Assembly (NCBI GenBank): GCA_964201005.1
Contig: CAXNCS010000007.1
Coordinates: 167 to 64,166, forward strand
DNA length: 64,000 bases
DNA from: Myxococcota bacterium
GTDB lineage: Bacteria; Myxococcota_A; UBA9042
Direction of reading: 5' to 3'
Made by a program: the position numbers and the translations under genes. Positions within the stretch are counted from its first letter, which is position 1. Every line of letters begins with the position of its first letter. The notes beneath the pieces were generated by a model, which made no database searches, had not been told where the DNA came from, and worked only from the letters and a program-made list of their open reading frames with translations. Shown here piece after piece: positions 28,601 to 38,539 of the stretch.

Positions 28601-30134
28601 AGCCGCGGGCAAGCGCCTGACGGTGGTGCGCGTCGATGAGTCGGCGAGCCCTGGGTCGATCCGGCTGCGCCTGCGAACCCTGATGGAAACGCTGGCGATT
28701 CGCCCCATGGGCCTGGAGAAGCCTGAGCCCAGGCGCCGGCCGCCGCCATTTACAGTTGCCGACCGCGATCGAATTCTCCTGGGGCCATCTTGGTTTCCGA
28801 TGCTGGACCGCTTTACGGAGGACGCCTTTGCCGAGCAGGGGTACCAGCTCAAGATGCTGCCGCCGCCCGACGACGCCTCGCGCGCTTACGGCCTCAAGTA
28901 CACCAACCACGAAATGTGCTACCCGGCGATCCTGGTGGTGGGCGACATGCTCAGGGCCTTGGATTCCGGGCAATATGGCCCGCGGGTAGCGGCGATCATC
29001 AGCCAGACCGGCGGTCAGTGCCGCGCCAGCTGCTATGCGAGCCTGATCGGCAAGGGTCTCACCGCCGCGGGGTACACGGATGTCCCCGTGGTGACCCTGC
29101 ACATGGACAGCGCCGACCTGCACGACCAGCCCGGATTCACCTTGGATCGCCTCAAGTTGGCCAGGCGGGGCCTCTACTCCATCGTCCTGGCCGACGCGCT
29201 TGCGATGATGGAAAGGGCCATGCTCGTGCGCGAATTCGAGACGGGATCGGCCTCAAGGCTGGCCAAGGAGTTTGTCGAGCGCTGGGTGGCGGCCCCGGAG
29301 CGCAGTGCCGAACGCTGCATCCGCCTCATCGCCGACGCCGCGGAAGCCTTTGCCCAGCTCCCCGTGCGCCCCGGGCCGTTCGCGCGGATCGGCATGGTGG
29401 GTGAGATTTATGTCAAATACTGCGATTACGGCAACGGCGGCGTGGTGCAGTGGCTGGCTGAGCGCGGCGTTGAGACGGTGGTGCCCAACCTCACGACATT
29501 CTTTATTCAGAGTGTCATCAACTTGCAGGCCGATGCCCAAGCCGGCATTGCCGCGCCGGACCTCAAGTGGCTGGGCGCGCGCTTGCTCGACGACGCCACG
29601 GATCAGTTGATCGGCAGGGTCAACCGCGCGTTGGAACCCTTTGCCTACGGTCACCCGCTGAGCCGCCCCCGCGAATTGGCCGAGCGCGCCGCCCCCATCG
29701 TGTCCCTGACCAATCAGTACGGCGAAGGCTGGCTGCTGCCGGGGGAGATGATCGAGCTGGCCGAGGCCGGCATCGACAACATCGTGTGCGTGCAACCCTT
29801 TGGCTGCATTGCCAATCAGGTGGTCGCCAAGGGCATTGAAAAGCGCCTGCGCGAGCTGCACCCGACCCTGAACCTGCTGTTTCTCGACATGGACCACAAC
29901 GTCAGCGAGGCCAATGCCTTTAACCGCCTGCATTTTCTTGTGCGGGCCGCTGAGACGACCCTCGCCGCGGGTCCACAGCACCGCGCTGGGCCGCAGACCA
30001 CCCCTGCGCAACGCCGCGCTGAGCGCAACCAGCGGATAGCCGGCCACCTGCACGGCGCCGCTCGCGTCCTCGGCCACCGCGCGGGTCGCATGCTGGACGA
30101 CTGGGTCGCGGCGCTAAGAGGGGGACCTCCCTAG
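25653..30134 (+). CDS. Multidomain 2-hydroxyacyl-CoA dehydratase activase (two ASKHA activase domains + DUF2229 + dehydratase-like domain)
   Basis: GIDIGSTTAK and GIDSGSTTTK; DIGGEDSK and DIGGQDMK; MNGSCAGGTG; NEACSSGCGS; SFGCGPD; QPFGCIAN. Confidence 0.92.
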   Translation: MAISGDSAVHQSISESSVEGQGWRVGIDIGSTTAKVAVLYPTGQNGLPPLRFSTYRRHDAKVAETLAAIFADLAAELGPGGDSAELSVCTTGSAGMGVADRLAIPFVQEVVAAIEVVKLAHPQVRTLVDIGGEDSKLVLIDERGRADMRMNGSCAGGTGAFIDQMAALLAVNPADLESLAQQHREITPIASRCGVFAKTDVQNLLSRNVAKADIAASVFHAVAAQTVTSLARAATVRGKMLLSGGPLTFLPSLRAAVVARFGMTEADVEPMAHGELLSALGAALAPAGPQSQVTLGELRGRLAASVAQPGSTTRREPPLFASPGEFAAWNAQRFEVIARGTSLEIHDQPCFLGIDSGSTTTKLALVDSAGRLVLESYAFNHGDPVGAVQRGLRELQERLDAAGVRPKLTASAATGYGEDLVHNVFGLDLGLVETIAHLRAARELAPGVTFVLDIGGQDMKAMFIDAGEIRSIEINEACSSGCGSFLQTFSEVLGIPIGEFAERACAAEAPCQLGSRCTVFMNSRVKQFLREGASVEDLAAGLAYSVVRNCLEKVLRIHDPAVLGDTVVVQGGTFLNPAVQRAFERLTGKRAICPDAAGVIGAWGAALVALDHHRLGHVQVQPQRTFAEIANVGECRSNDFVCQACENKCSVRRLRYPGKAAYFSGNRCDRVQSNRGKRAVPGTNLALRREELWLGPKLPPRPEKRLRIGLPRVLNLFESLPFWRTLLDGVGLEPLLSPPTTAQLYQQGIPTLMSDSLCLPAKVAHGHILQLLEQKPDAIFYPQVVFELPEADALSSFNCPIVTGYPEVIRSAIDPQSRGVPFHAPVLTFRDKDLLRDACRKAVLALGATGQGFERAFEAGLDELARVRREQQGEGQRLVNEAARTGRRVILLIGRPYHLDRYINHGIPDIIAGLGLDVITTEMVPVEQKLDGLQVLTQWAFPNRLYHAARYAVQHRHVEVVQINSFGCGPDSMAIDEVRAILQAAGKRLTVVRVDESASPGSIRLRLRTLMETLAIRPMGLEKPEPRRRPPPFTVADRDRILLGPSWFPMLDRFTEDAFAEQGYQLKMLPPPDDASRAYGLKYTNHEMCYPAILVVGDMLRALDSGQYGPRVAAIISQTGGQCRASCYASLIGKGLTAAGYTDVPVVTLHMDSADLHDQPGFTLDRLKLARRGLYSIVLADALAMMERAMLVREFETGSASRLAKEFVERWVAAPERSAERCIRLIADAAEAFAQLPVRPGPFARIGMVGEIYVKYCDYGNGGVVQWLAERGVETVVPNLTTFFIQSVINLQADAQAGIAAPDLKWLGARLLDDATDQLIGRVNRALEPFAYGHPLSRPRELAERAAPIVSLTNQYGEGWLLPGEMIELAEAGIDNIVCVQPFGCIANQVVAKGIEKRLRELHPTLNLLFLDMDHNVSEANAFNRLHFLVRAAETTLAAGPQHRAGPQTTPAQRRAERNQRIAGHLHGAARVLGHRAGRMLDDWVAALRGGPP

Positions 30135-30296
30135 AAGCTCGCTCTGCGAAAGGTGAATTTGCGATCTGTCCGCCCGAAGCTGCAGGTTGCCATGGCCGGT
30201 CGAAAGGCAAGCAAGTTTTTTTGGTCCTGCCGCGGTTTTTTCAGTCAGCTGGCGATAACTCTGTGGGGCCAATCTGTCGCCCCGCGGGAGTCAGCC

Positions 30297-31493
30297 ATGC
30301 CGCGGTTTTACCATCCCAACTACCTGTTTGAGGTCGCCCGTCGCACCAATCGCGGCGAGGACCTCTTTGATGCCAACGATTCCGGTCAAGTGTCTGCGAT
30401 CGTGGGCATTATTGCGGAGGCTCAGCACCGCTACGGCGTGCAGATCTACCACATCCATTTCATGAGCAACCATTATCACGGACTCTTCCGCGCCCGCACT
30501 CCGCGGCACCTGGCGCGCTTCTTCAACTTCGTGCACGGCGAAATCGCTAAGCTGATCAACAGGAACCGCCAGCATCCCGGCGTGGTGTGGAGCAGCAAGT
30601 TCACGCCCCTGGCCGTCACCACCGACCCGAAGACGCTGCTGGCCCGCATGAAATACCTGACCGGCCAGGCCCTGTGCGCCCAACTGGTGACGCATCCAAG
30701 TCAATTCCCTGGCGTCTCTGCGGTGGACTGGCTCCTCTTTGGCGTGCCGATGGCGGGGCGCAATGGCGACCAATCGCCCGCGGACAGCGACCAGGGGCCT
30801 GAACAAGCGGAAAATCCGTCCGCATCGCGGGACAATCCTGATCAGAGAGCGAAAGAGGTGACGATCGCCAAGCTGCCCTGCTTTGAGCACCGCAGTTGGG
30901 CGGAACTCCACGCGATGTATGCGGCGCTGGCCGACGAGCAGGCCGGCTTACCCCCGCGCCTTCACGGCCATGATGCACCGCCAACCAAGATGTCCATTGC
31001 AGCGAGCATGCCGGGCGCTGATCGCGGCCTTGCGGGCGATCTCGCGGCCGACGACGAGTTTTCTGCCCAAATGGCGGCCGCGGACGGGTCCGGCGACGAC
31101 GACGCGGAGAGGGGGACCTCCTCAGAAGCAAGGGTCGCGGCTGAGGTTTTTGACGAAACCGCCGCTGCCTGGACGTCTCCTCGCCATTCGCCGGCCAAAG
31201 TGCAAGTCCCAAACGGGCGCAACGAAGACGACGGCACGCCGCTGGTTCGCGGACCCGTCCAACCCAAGGGGGAGGCCGGCAAGAAGCGCCGCGGCAAGCT
31301 GCGAATCCTCACTTTTAGCGCGGCCGCTCGCAGCCTGTACTTCGACGACCTCCGCGATTTCTGCCGCGATTACAACAAGGCGATGGCCAAGCTTCAGCGG
31401 CACCTGGACTCCTGCCCAACCGGCGTTCGCCTCCGCGGCCGCATCGTGTTCCCGCCGCATTCGCTGCTGCCGGGGTGTCTCGCGCCGCATTAG
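30297..31493 (+). mobile_element. RAYT / IS200-like Y1 HUH endonuclease (myxobacterial type) with a long low-complexity C-terminal extension
   Basis: GGGAG RBS; HUH motif FMSNHYHGL; VWSSKF; candidate catalytic Tyr in RMKYL. Flanked by inverted GGGGGACCT motifs at 30120(+) and 31557(-). Confidence 0.8.
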
Positions 31494-31719
31494 CTGCCGC
31501 CGATAGGCAAGCCGCTGACGTCGCGGCTGAGGAGAATCAGATGATATAACAGAGTGTTGCAGGAAGGTCCCCCCAACCGATTTTGCACACCGGCACCGGC
31601 GCCCTGGGCGCAGAAAAAGGATTGCAGACTGCGGGTCTCTGCGTCAGCGGCTGGCGCTGCGGCGCGTCTTGGCGTATCTGTCGCCCAGCTGGTGTTCATT
31701 GGGCCAGCGGAGTGCCAAC

Positions 31720-32223
31720 ATGTACGGTCAGATCATCCGCCAGTTCGAGTTCACCCTTGGCAACCTCGACGCCGTCCTCACCAAGGCCGAGCATTATGCG
31801 GCAACCCGGGGCTTTGCGGCAGAGAACTTCCTTTCCGCGCGGCTATCGCCCGATATGTTGCCGTTTGTCAAACAGATTCAGATTGCCTGCGACGGCTGCA
31901 AGATCGCTGCTGCGCGCGTTGCCGATGTCGCGCCGCCGACCTTTGCCGATACGGAATCGACATTTGCCCAGCTGCACGAGCGCATCGCCAAGACCCGCGC
32001 TTTTGTTCAGGGGCTGGACCTCGACACCCCTGCGGCAAAGGATGGCTCCCGGCGCGTGTCGGCCGGCTATCCGCCGGATAAGACCATGACCCTGCACGAC
32101 TATATCGTCATGCGTCAGATCGCCAACTTCTATTTTCACGTCGTGACCGCCTATGATTTGCTTCGCGCGGGCGGCGTGCCGGTGGGCAAGGCCGATTACC
32201 TGGGCGACCTGCCGATGCTGTGA
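31720..32223 (+). CDS. DUF1993 (DinB-like) family protein
   Basis: RLSPDMLPFVKQIQIACD; NFYFHVVTAYDLLRAGGVPVGKADYLG. Confidence 0.93.
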   Translation: MYGQIIRQFEFTLGNLDAVLTKAEHYAATRGFAAENFLSARLSPDMLPFVKQIQIACDGCKIAAARVADVAPPTFADTESTFAQLHERIAKTRAFVQGLDLDTPAAKDGSRRVSAGYPPDKTMTLHDYIVMRQIANFYFHVVTAYDLLRAGGVPVGKADYLGDLPML

Positions 32224-32245
32224 GTCTGTCGGGGGGGGGGGCTGG

Positions 32246-32920
32246 GTGAAAGAGTCTGGGATACAACAGGAATTCGCGGTCTTCTCGCCGGCGCCCGAAC
32301 TGCTGGACCCGCAACCACGGCGTCTGGAGTTTGCCGGCGGCGGCTGGTGCGATCTGCGGCCGGGTTGGCTGGAGGCCGAAGAGGCGAGCCGGCTGCAAGA
32401 GGCGCTGCGCTGGCAAATCCCTTGGCAACAGCGCTATGTGCGCATCGCTGGCAAACAGGTCGCTGAGCCGAGGTTGTCGAGCTGGCACGGAGAGCCTGAA
32501 GCCAGCTATGTGTACTCAGGGGTTCGCCACGAGCCGCTGCCTTGGGTCCCGGCTCTGAGTGAATTGCGCGGAATACTTGATAAAGCTCTCGGCACGGCCT
32601 TCAACAGTGTCCTTGCCAACCGCTATCGCGACGGTCGCGACGCCATGGGGATGCACGCCGATGACGAGCGAGAACTGGGCCCAGAACCGCTCATCGCCTC
32701 GATTTCCTTGGGCATGACCCGGTCGTTTGTGCTCGCCCCCAAGAAGGGCCGGCCGGGCGCCAAGGTGGTCCTGCTGCTGCGCCACGGCACGCTTCTGGTG
32801 ATGGGCGGGCCGCTGCAGCGCGACTGGAAGCACGGCATTCCGCGCGAAGCTCATGTATTTGAGGAGCGAATTAACCTTACCTTTCGCCGGACTTCAGGCA
32901 GGTCCCCCTCTCCGGTCTAG
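32246..32920 (+). CDS. AlkB-family 2-oxoglutarate/Fe(II) dioxygenase
   Basis: FNSVLANRYRDGRDAMGMHADDE; IASISLG; WKHGIP; RINLTFR. Start inferred at GTG 32246. Confidence 0.92.
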   Translation: MKESGIQQEFAVFSPAPELLDPQPRRLEFAGGGWCDLRPGWLEAEEASRLQEALRWQIPWQQRYVRIAGKQVAEPRLSSWHGEPEASYVYSGVRHEPLPWVPALSELRGILDKALGTAFNSVLANRYRDGRDAMGMHADDERELGPEPLIASISLGMTRSFVLAPKKGRPGAKVVLLLRHGTLLVMGGPLQRDWKHGIPREAHVFEERINLTFRRTSGRSPSPV

Positions 32921-33373
32921 TCAGTCGAGCGGTCGCAGCACCAGCAATCGCCTGGCGGTACCGGGGAAGGCTCGCTCCAGGCCGACCAGCGCCAGCAGCC
33001 CCATCGCGGCATCGGATAGCCCGGACAGCAAGAATGCGGTGACTCCACCGGCCAACGCGAAGTGTCCGACCATCAGCCCGGCGGCGACAAACTTGCCGTA
33101 AACCATGAGTTGGACAAACACTTTTCCGCGCCGCACGTCGAGTTGTGCCCACCAGCTAAAGAGGCCAAGGCTGAAAATGTAGCTCAGGGCTACGTATTTC
33201 CACACGGCCACCGCAGGAACATCGCCCGCCGCGGCGCCAAAGCCCAGAAGGCCGCGGTTGAACTCCAGCAGGGCGTACACTTGCGGCTCGGCCAGCAGCA
33301 CGCAGAAGAAAAACACGCTGTAGCTGACCACGTAGGCCCGCATCAGCCACTGCAGTTGCTGTTCGCGGCTCAT
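32921..33373 (-). CDS. Small integral membrane protein
   Basis: About four hydrophobic helices; GAGG RBS; likely co-transcribed with mmsA. Confidence 0.7.
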   Translation of the reverse strand: MSREQQLQWLMRAYVVSYSVFFFCVLLAEPQVYALLEFNRGLLGFGAAAGDVPAVAVWKYVALSYIFSLGLFSWWAQLDVRRGKVFVQLMVYGKFVAAGLMVGHFALAGGVTAFLLSGLSDAAMGLLALVGLERAFPGTARRLLVLRPLD

Positions 33374-33400
33374 CGGACCTCGTCTAGAACGCTAGAATGA

Positions 33401-34900
33401 TTAGGACATCCACGAGGCGTCGCTCTGCAGGGCCCACTTGCTGGTGATCTTCTTGGGCCGCGACCAGAAGCGGAAGCCGTCCATGCCGGTAATGTCGCCG
33501 TGGCCGAACTTGGAGTCGTGGAACCCGCCAAAACTAAAGGGTTCGCGCGGCACCGGTACGCCGATGTTGACGCCGATCATCCCGGCTTCCAGGCGGTCCA
33601 CAGCGTAGCGGGCCACGTAGCCGCGGGTGGTAAAGATCGCCGCGCCGTTGCCGTAAACGCTGGCATTCTCAATGGCAATCGCCTCATCCAGTGTCTTGGC
33701 GTGCACAATGCTGAGCACCGGGCCAAAGATTTCATCGCAGCCCGCGGGCATGTCGGGGCTGACATTGTCGAGGATGGTCGGGCCGACCCAATAGCCATCT
33801 GCGCCGGCGACTTTGGCCCCTCGGCCGTCCACCAGCACTTTGGCGCCCAGCTTCTCTGCCTGGGTGATGTAGCCCTCAATCCGCTCGCGCGCCGCCGCAG
33901 AGATGACCGTGCCCATGTCCTTGCCCAGCACCATCTTTTGCGTGTGGACGACCATCGCGTCGATGATGTGCTGCACGTCGCCCACGGCCACCATCAGCGA
34001 CGAGGCCATGCAGCGCTGACCGGCGCAGCCAAAGGAGCTGGCCACCGCGGTCTGAGCCGTCAGTTCGAGATCGGCGTCCGGTACCACGATCACGTGATTC
34101 TTGGCGCCGCCCAGGCACAGCGCCCGCTTGCCCAGGGCCGTCGCCCGCGCATACACCAGCTTGGCCACCTTGGTGCTGCCCACAAAGCCAATCGCAGCGA
34201 TCGCCGGGTGATCTACGACGGCTTCCACCGCATCTCGCCCGCCGTTGATCGTCTGGTAGATGCCGTCAGGAAGTCCAGCCTCCTTGAGCAGTTGGCCCAA
34301 TCGCAGCGCGCCATAGGGCACCACTTCGCTCGGCTTGAGGATAAAGGCGTTGCCCGCCACCAGGGCATTGGGCAGCATCCACAGCGGCACCATCACCGGA
34401 AAGTTGAACGGCACAATGCCGCCGACGATGCCCAGGGGCTCGTTCGTCACTTCGCAGTGCACGCCGCGCGACACGTCGATGCCGCCGCCCGTAGCCATTT
34501 GCGGCAAACCACAGGCGAATTCGATGCACTCGATGCCCTTTTCGATATCGCCTTTGGACTCGCCGTAGGTCTTGCCGTTCTCAGCCGAAAGCAGCCAGCA
34601 CAGCTCGTCCATGTCGCGCTCCAGCAACTGCTTGAGGCGGTACAGCACCTGGGCCCGCTCGCGCATGGGCGTGCCTTTCCACGCCGGCAGCACCAGCTTG
34701 GCCGCCTGCACGGCCGCCTCGACATCCGCCGCGCCGGAGAGGACCACGTGGCCCATCACCTTGCCGTGCCTAGGGTTTTCCACTGGCATCGTCTGCCCAC
34801 CGGCGGCGTCAACCAGCTGGCCGCCGCGCCAATTGCGGCAGGGGACGTAGTCGGCAAAATCATAGCTGCGGGTCGGGTAAGCGGCGATCGGCGAGGTCAT
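33401..34900 (-). CDS. mmsA: CoA-acylating methylmalonate-semialdehyde dehydrogenase
   Basis: PFNFPVMVPLW; LKPSE; FVGST; GGAKNH; FGCAGQRCMA; EIFGPVL; GVNIGVPVP. Confidence 0.93.
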   Translation of the reverse strand: MTSPIAAYPTRSYDFADYVPCRNWRGGQLVDAAGGQTMPVENPRHGKVMGHVVLSGAADVEAAVQAAKLVLPAWKGTPMRERAQVLYRLKQLLERDMDELCWLLSAENGKTYGESKGDIEKGIECIEFACGLPQMATGGGIDVSRGVHCEVTNEPLGIVGGIVPFNFPVMVPLWMLPNALVAGNAFILKPSEVVPYGALRLGQLLKEAGLPDGIYQTINGGRDAVEAVVDHPAIAAIGFVGSTKVAKLVYARATALGKRALCLGGAKNHVIVVPDADLELTAQTAVASSFGCAGQRCMASSLMVAVGDVQHIIDAMVVHTQKMVLGKDMGTVISAAARERIEGYITQAEKLGAKVLVDGRGAKVAGADGYWVGPTILDNVSPDMPAGCDEIFGPVLSIVHAKTLDEAIAIENASVYGNGAAIFTTRGYVARYAVDRLEAGMIGVNIGVPVPREPFSFGGFHDSKFGHGDITGMDGFRFWSRPKKITSKWALQSDASWMS

Positions 34901-35212
34901 GGCGTGCTCCTGGCCCGGCGCAGGCATGGGCGCGGCGGGGAGCAGCAAGGTAGCGCCAGCCCGAGCACAAGTCCAGCCCAACCGTCGTCCTGGGGAAAAC
35001 CCCAAAAACGCGTTGAACGGCGCGGGTTTCTAGGGAGGTCCCCCTCCAACTGTCGGGCCGCCAACCGCCGTTCGGTTCAGTGCCGCGTCACGGGACCGTC
35101 GGCTCAACGAGCGTCTCAAGACGGAATCCGGAAAATACGTTGCGAAGCAAGGGTTTCTAGGGAGGTCCCCCTCCAGTCTTCGCCTGCGACAGGCGCTCGG
35201 GCAAGAGCTGGG

Positions 35213-36130
35213 TCACGGCACCGTCGGCTCAAACAGCGCCCCTAGGTCGGGGATTAGCAGCAGCTCGACCCGGCGGTTCTTGGCGCGGTTCTCTGCGCTG
35301 TCATTGGCCACCATGGGCAGGAACGGCCCAAAGCCGGCGGCCGACACCGCTTTGCTCGGCACGCCCAGGACGATCATCTCGGTCAGCACCGCCAGGGCCC
35401 GGTCGGTTGACAGGCGCCAGTTCAGCGCGTCGGCCCCGGTGTCATCCGTGTGTCCGGCCACCTGGAAGCGCCGGTCAGACAAGTCTTTGATGGCCGCAGC
35501 AATTTCCGCCAGCACCGGCTTGGCCGCCGCCTTGACCTCGGCCTTGCCCGTGTCAAACAGGATGTCCGAATTCACCTCAATCACAAGCAGGCCCTGGCGC
35601 GAGCGGATCCGCAGCTTGCCGGCCGCCACCAGCTTCTTGAGCCGGTCCTGCACGCGCTTGATGCCGTCTTGGACCCGCGCCAGGGCATCGGACAAAGCCT
35701 TCTGTTCCTTGATCAATTGGTCGCGCTCGCGTTTAGCCGCCTGCAGGTCTTGCTGGGCGCGGCGCAGGTCGTCGTCGGCCTTCATCTTGGCCAACTGGCA
35801 GTCCGCCAGGTCTTTGGCGCAATTGCCGCCGCGACTGGTGCACTGGTCCAGCACTTTCTTGGTGTTGGCCAGCTCGTCCTTGCACTGCTCGCGCTCGCGC
35901 ACCGCGGCTTGCGACGTATTCCTCTGCGCCTCCAGATCGCCGCGGCACTGCTCCGCGCCCACGTGGCAGGTCTTCTTCTGCTCTTCCAGCCAGTCCGCCT
36001 GCTGCTTCATCCCCGCGAGATCGCGATCGTATGCTTCGCGACTCACTAAGGCGTTGCAGCCCGGCAGAGCGATCGCTGCGATCACCGCTAGCCCGGCCAG
36101 ATTCCGCACACGAATTGCCAAGAATGCCAT
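35213..36130 (-). CDS. OmpA/MotB-domain lipoprotein with an N-terminal coiled coil
   Basis: Lipobox LPGC; ILFDTGKA; VAGHTD; NWRLSTDRA; NRRVEL. Confidence 0.9.
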   Translation of the reverse strand: MAFLAIRVRNLAGLAVIAAIALPGCNALVSREAYDRDLAGMKQQADWLEEQKKTCHVGAEQCRGDLEAQRNTSQAAVREREQCKDELANTKKVLDQCTSRGGNCAKDLADCQLAKMKADDDLRRAQQDLQAAKRERDQLIKEQKALSDALARVQDGIKRVQDRLKKLVAAGKLRIRSRQGLLVIEVNSDILFDTGKAEVKAAAKPVLAEIAAAIKDLSDRRFQVAGHTDDTGADALNWRLSTDRALAVLTEMIVLGVPSKAVSAAGFGPFLPMVANDSAENRAKNRRVELLLIPDLGALFEPTVP

Positions 36131-36179
36131 GTGAATTCCGCCATCTGCCGTAAGGGGGGTAACGCTACCGTCGGCGACG

Positions 36180-37886
36180 CTACAGCTCGCGCGATCGCAG
36201 CCAGGAGAGGGTCGCCATCGCCCCGGCGCCCAGGCCCTGCACCGCCAGCCCTAAGGAATACCACCAAAGCGCCGACCACGCAGGTTTTTCGAGCGCTTGC
36301 GGCAGCACCCAGGTAAAGAGCCCCCACGCGACCATAGAATACCCGGCCAACATCGCGCGGTTGACGGTTCGCTCGTTGCGCGCCCTGAGCAATTCAGCAT
36401 CGGGATCGCGGATTTGAAAGGTGAGCTCGCCCGACTTGGCCCGGCGCAACAGCCCGCGCACCTCGCCCGGCACGACCCGCACCAGCCCCCACCAGTCGTG
36501 CAACACCCGGTAAATGCGCTTGCTATACGTCTTGGGGTCCAGCACCCGCCGGACATACAGCTGCACCAGATACGGCCGCACCGAGCCCAGCGGGTCGTAG
36601 TTGGGGTACAGCTCTTGGGCGATGCCCTCCATGGTCGAAATCGCTTTGCCAATCAGGATCAGCTCGGCCGGCACCCGCACTTGATAGCGCACCACCGCCT
36701 CGAACACCTCCGCGATGAACGCGCCAATGTCGAGCTTCTCTAGGGTGACCCCATTGTAACGCCGCATAATCTCGCTGACTTCTCCGCTCATCTGCCGCAC
36801 GTTGACCGTGTCGTCCACCAGCCCCAGGTCGACAAACTGGGTCACCAACATTTCGGGGTCATTGAGCAGCAGCGAAACCAGGAAGGTCAGCAATTCATCA
36901 ATCGTATCAGAGTCAATTGAGCCCATCGAGCCAAAGTCGATCAGGGCAATGCGCCCGTCCGGCAGCACAAAGAAGTTGCCCGGATGGGGATCGGCGTGAA
37001 AAAAGCCGTGCTCAAACACAGACTTGATGAACAGGTGCGTGCCAACTTCGGCGATTTTGCGGCGATCGACCTGCCACTCGTCCAGCTGTCGGCCATCGGT
37101 GACCTTGCAGCCGTCGATAAACTCCATCGTAATCAGGCGCTTGGTGCACAGGGCAGGGTAGGTGATCGGCAGGTGCATGTGCGGATTGTCCGCAATCATC
37201 CGCCGGTAGCGCTCGATATTGTCGACTTCGTTGTTGAAATCGGTCTCGCGTCGCAGGTTGCGGGCGAATTCCTCGATCGCCACGGCCGGGCGGAACTGCT
37301 GGACTTCCGGCAGCCGTTCCTCCAGCGCCGCGGTCATCATCTGCAGGAGATCCAAGTCCGTTTGAATGATCTTTTCCAGGCCTGGCCGCTGAACCTTGAC
37401 CACCACCTGTTCGCCGGTCTTGAGCGTCGCGCGGTGCACTTGGGCGATCGACGCTGCAGCGATCGGCACCGGGTCAAAGCTGCCGTACAAATCCTCGATC
37501 TCACGGCCAAATTCGCTGCGCACCACCTCGCGCACTTGCTCGTACGCAAAGCCGCCGACATTGTCCTGCAGCTTGCGCAGCTCAAAAATCAGCGACATCG
37601 GAATCAGGTCGGGCCGGGTCGCCGCCACTTGGCCCAGCTTGATAAAGGTCGGGCCCAAGGCCTCCAGGGCCAGGCGCACGCGCTGTTCCCATTGCAGCTC
37701 GGCCACTTTCTCGTCGGGCTCCGCCAAGGCCATGCCGCGGTTGAACAATCCGGCATAGCGGTCCAGGCGCGTGCGGATGAGCACATGGCCAAAGCCGTAG
37801 CGCACGACGACCGCAGATACCTGGCGCAACCGTTGGATATTGCGGGCATAACGCGGCAGGTGGATCAGCTTGGCGAGGGTGCTCAT
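36180..37886 (-). CDS. ABC1/AarF/UbiB-family atypical kinase
   Basis: LGPTFIKLGQ; AAASIAQVHRA; VKVQRP; FHADPHPGN; IDFG. Confidence 0.93.
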   Translation of the reverse strand: MSTLAKLIHLPRYARNIQRLRQVSAVVVRYGFGHVLIRTRLDRYAGLFNRGMALAEPDEKVAELQWEQRVRLALEALGPTFIKLGQVAATRPDLIPMSLIFELRKLQDNVGGFAYEQVREVVRSEFGREIEDLYGSFDPVPIAAASIAQVHRATLKTGEQVVVKVQRPGLEKIIQTDLDLLQMMTAALEERLPEVQQFRPAVAIEEFARNLRRETDFNNEVDNIERYRRMIADNPHMHLPITYPALCTKRLITMEFIDGCKVTDGRQLDEWQVDRRKIAEVGTHLFIKSVFEHGFFHADPHPGNFFVLPDGRIALIDFGSMGSIDSDTIDELLTFLVSLLLNDPEMLVTQFVDLGLVDDTVNVRQMSGEVSEIMRRYNGVTLEKLDIGAFIAEVFEAVVRYQVRVPAELILIGKAISTMEGIAQELYPNYDPLGSVRPYLVQLYVRRVLDPKTYSKRIYRVLHDWWGLVRVVPGEVRGLLRRAKSGELTFQIRDPDAELLRARNERTVNRAMLAGYSMVAWGLFTWVLPQALEKPAWSALWWYSLGLAVQGLGAGAMATLSWLRSREL

Positions 37887-38437
37887 GGCGCGCTCCCCGG
37901 TGAGTCTGCGGGGCTGGCCACGGACTCAGGCGGATCGGCGGCAGGTGCAGCAGGGGGCGAGGCGGGCGCCGCTGGAGGGCTCGCGGGCTCAGCAGGATTT
38001 CCTGAGGCAGCATCAGGCTTTTGGGAGGCTTGCTGCCGGGCATGCCGCTGGGCCTCCAGGGTCTCGTGCAGCGTCTGGGCGTGTTGAGCCGCCGCGGCTG
38101 CCGAAGCCGTCGCCACTTCCATCGCCACCCGCGACGCCGCCGCTACCGCGTCTTTCCACGGGACTGCACCCGCCGCGCTCACCGCCGCTGTCGCCAAGCC
38201 GCCCAACGGCAGGTGCGCTGCCACTTCCTTGAGCGCCGTCGTCACCAATTCTGCATACGCCGCGCCTTCATCGCGGACCTTCTGCAGGTGTTCAGTGGTC
38301 TCGCGGCGCAGATTCTCGACCTCTTCTGGCCCCAGCACGCCGGATTTTGCCACGCGGGCGATCACCGCTTCGGCCGAGCCGTCGAGCATCCAGCGCGCTA
38401 CCACAGAAGCCAAGCCCTTCTCAAAGGCGTCCCGCAT
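37883..38437 (-). CDS. Ala/Pro-rich hypothetical protein (phasin-like, upstream of UbiB)
   Basis: GAGGGG RBS; 4-bp overlap with the ubiB-like gene; amphipathic helices. Confidence 0.55.
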   Translation of the reverse strand: MRDAFEKGLASVVARWMLDGSAEAVIARVAKSGVLGPEEVENLRRETTEHLQKVRDEGAAYAELVTTALKEVAAHLPLGGLATAAVSAAGAVPWKDAVAAASRVAMEVATASAAAAAQHAQTLHETLEAQRHARQQASQKPDAASGNPAEPASPPAAPASPPAAPAADPPESVASPADSPGSAP

Positions 38438-38539
38438 TACCACTGCCCCTCGGTCCACGGCCAGCCCGCACACCTGGTTGATATTGCTGATTGGATCACG
38501 GGTTTCTTGGGACGCTGGCACCCGGCCTGGCCCAGGGAC

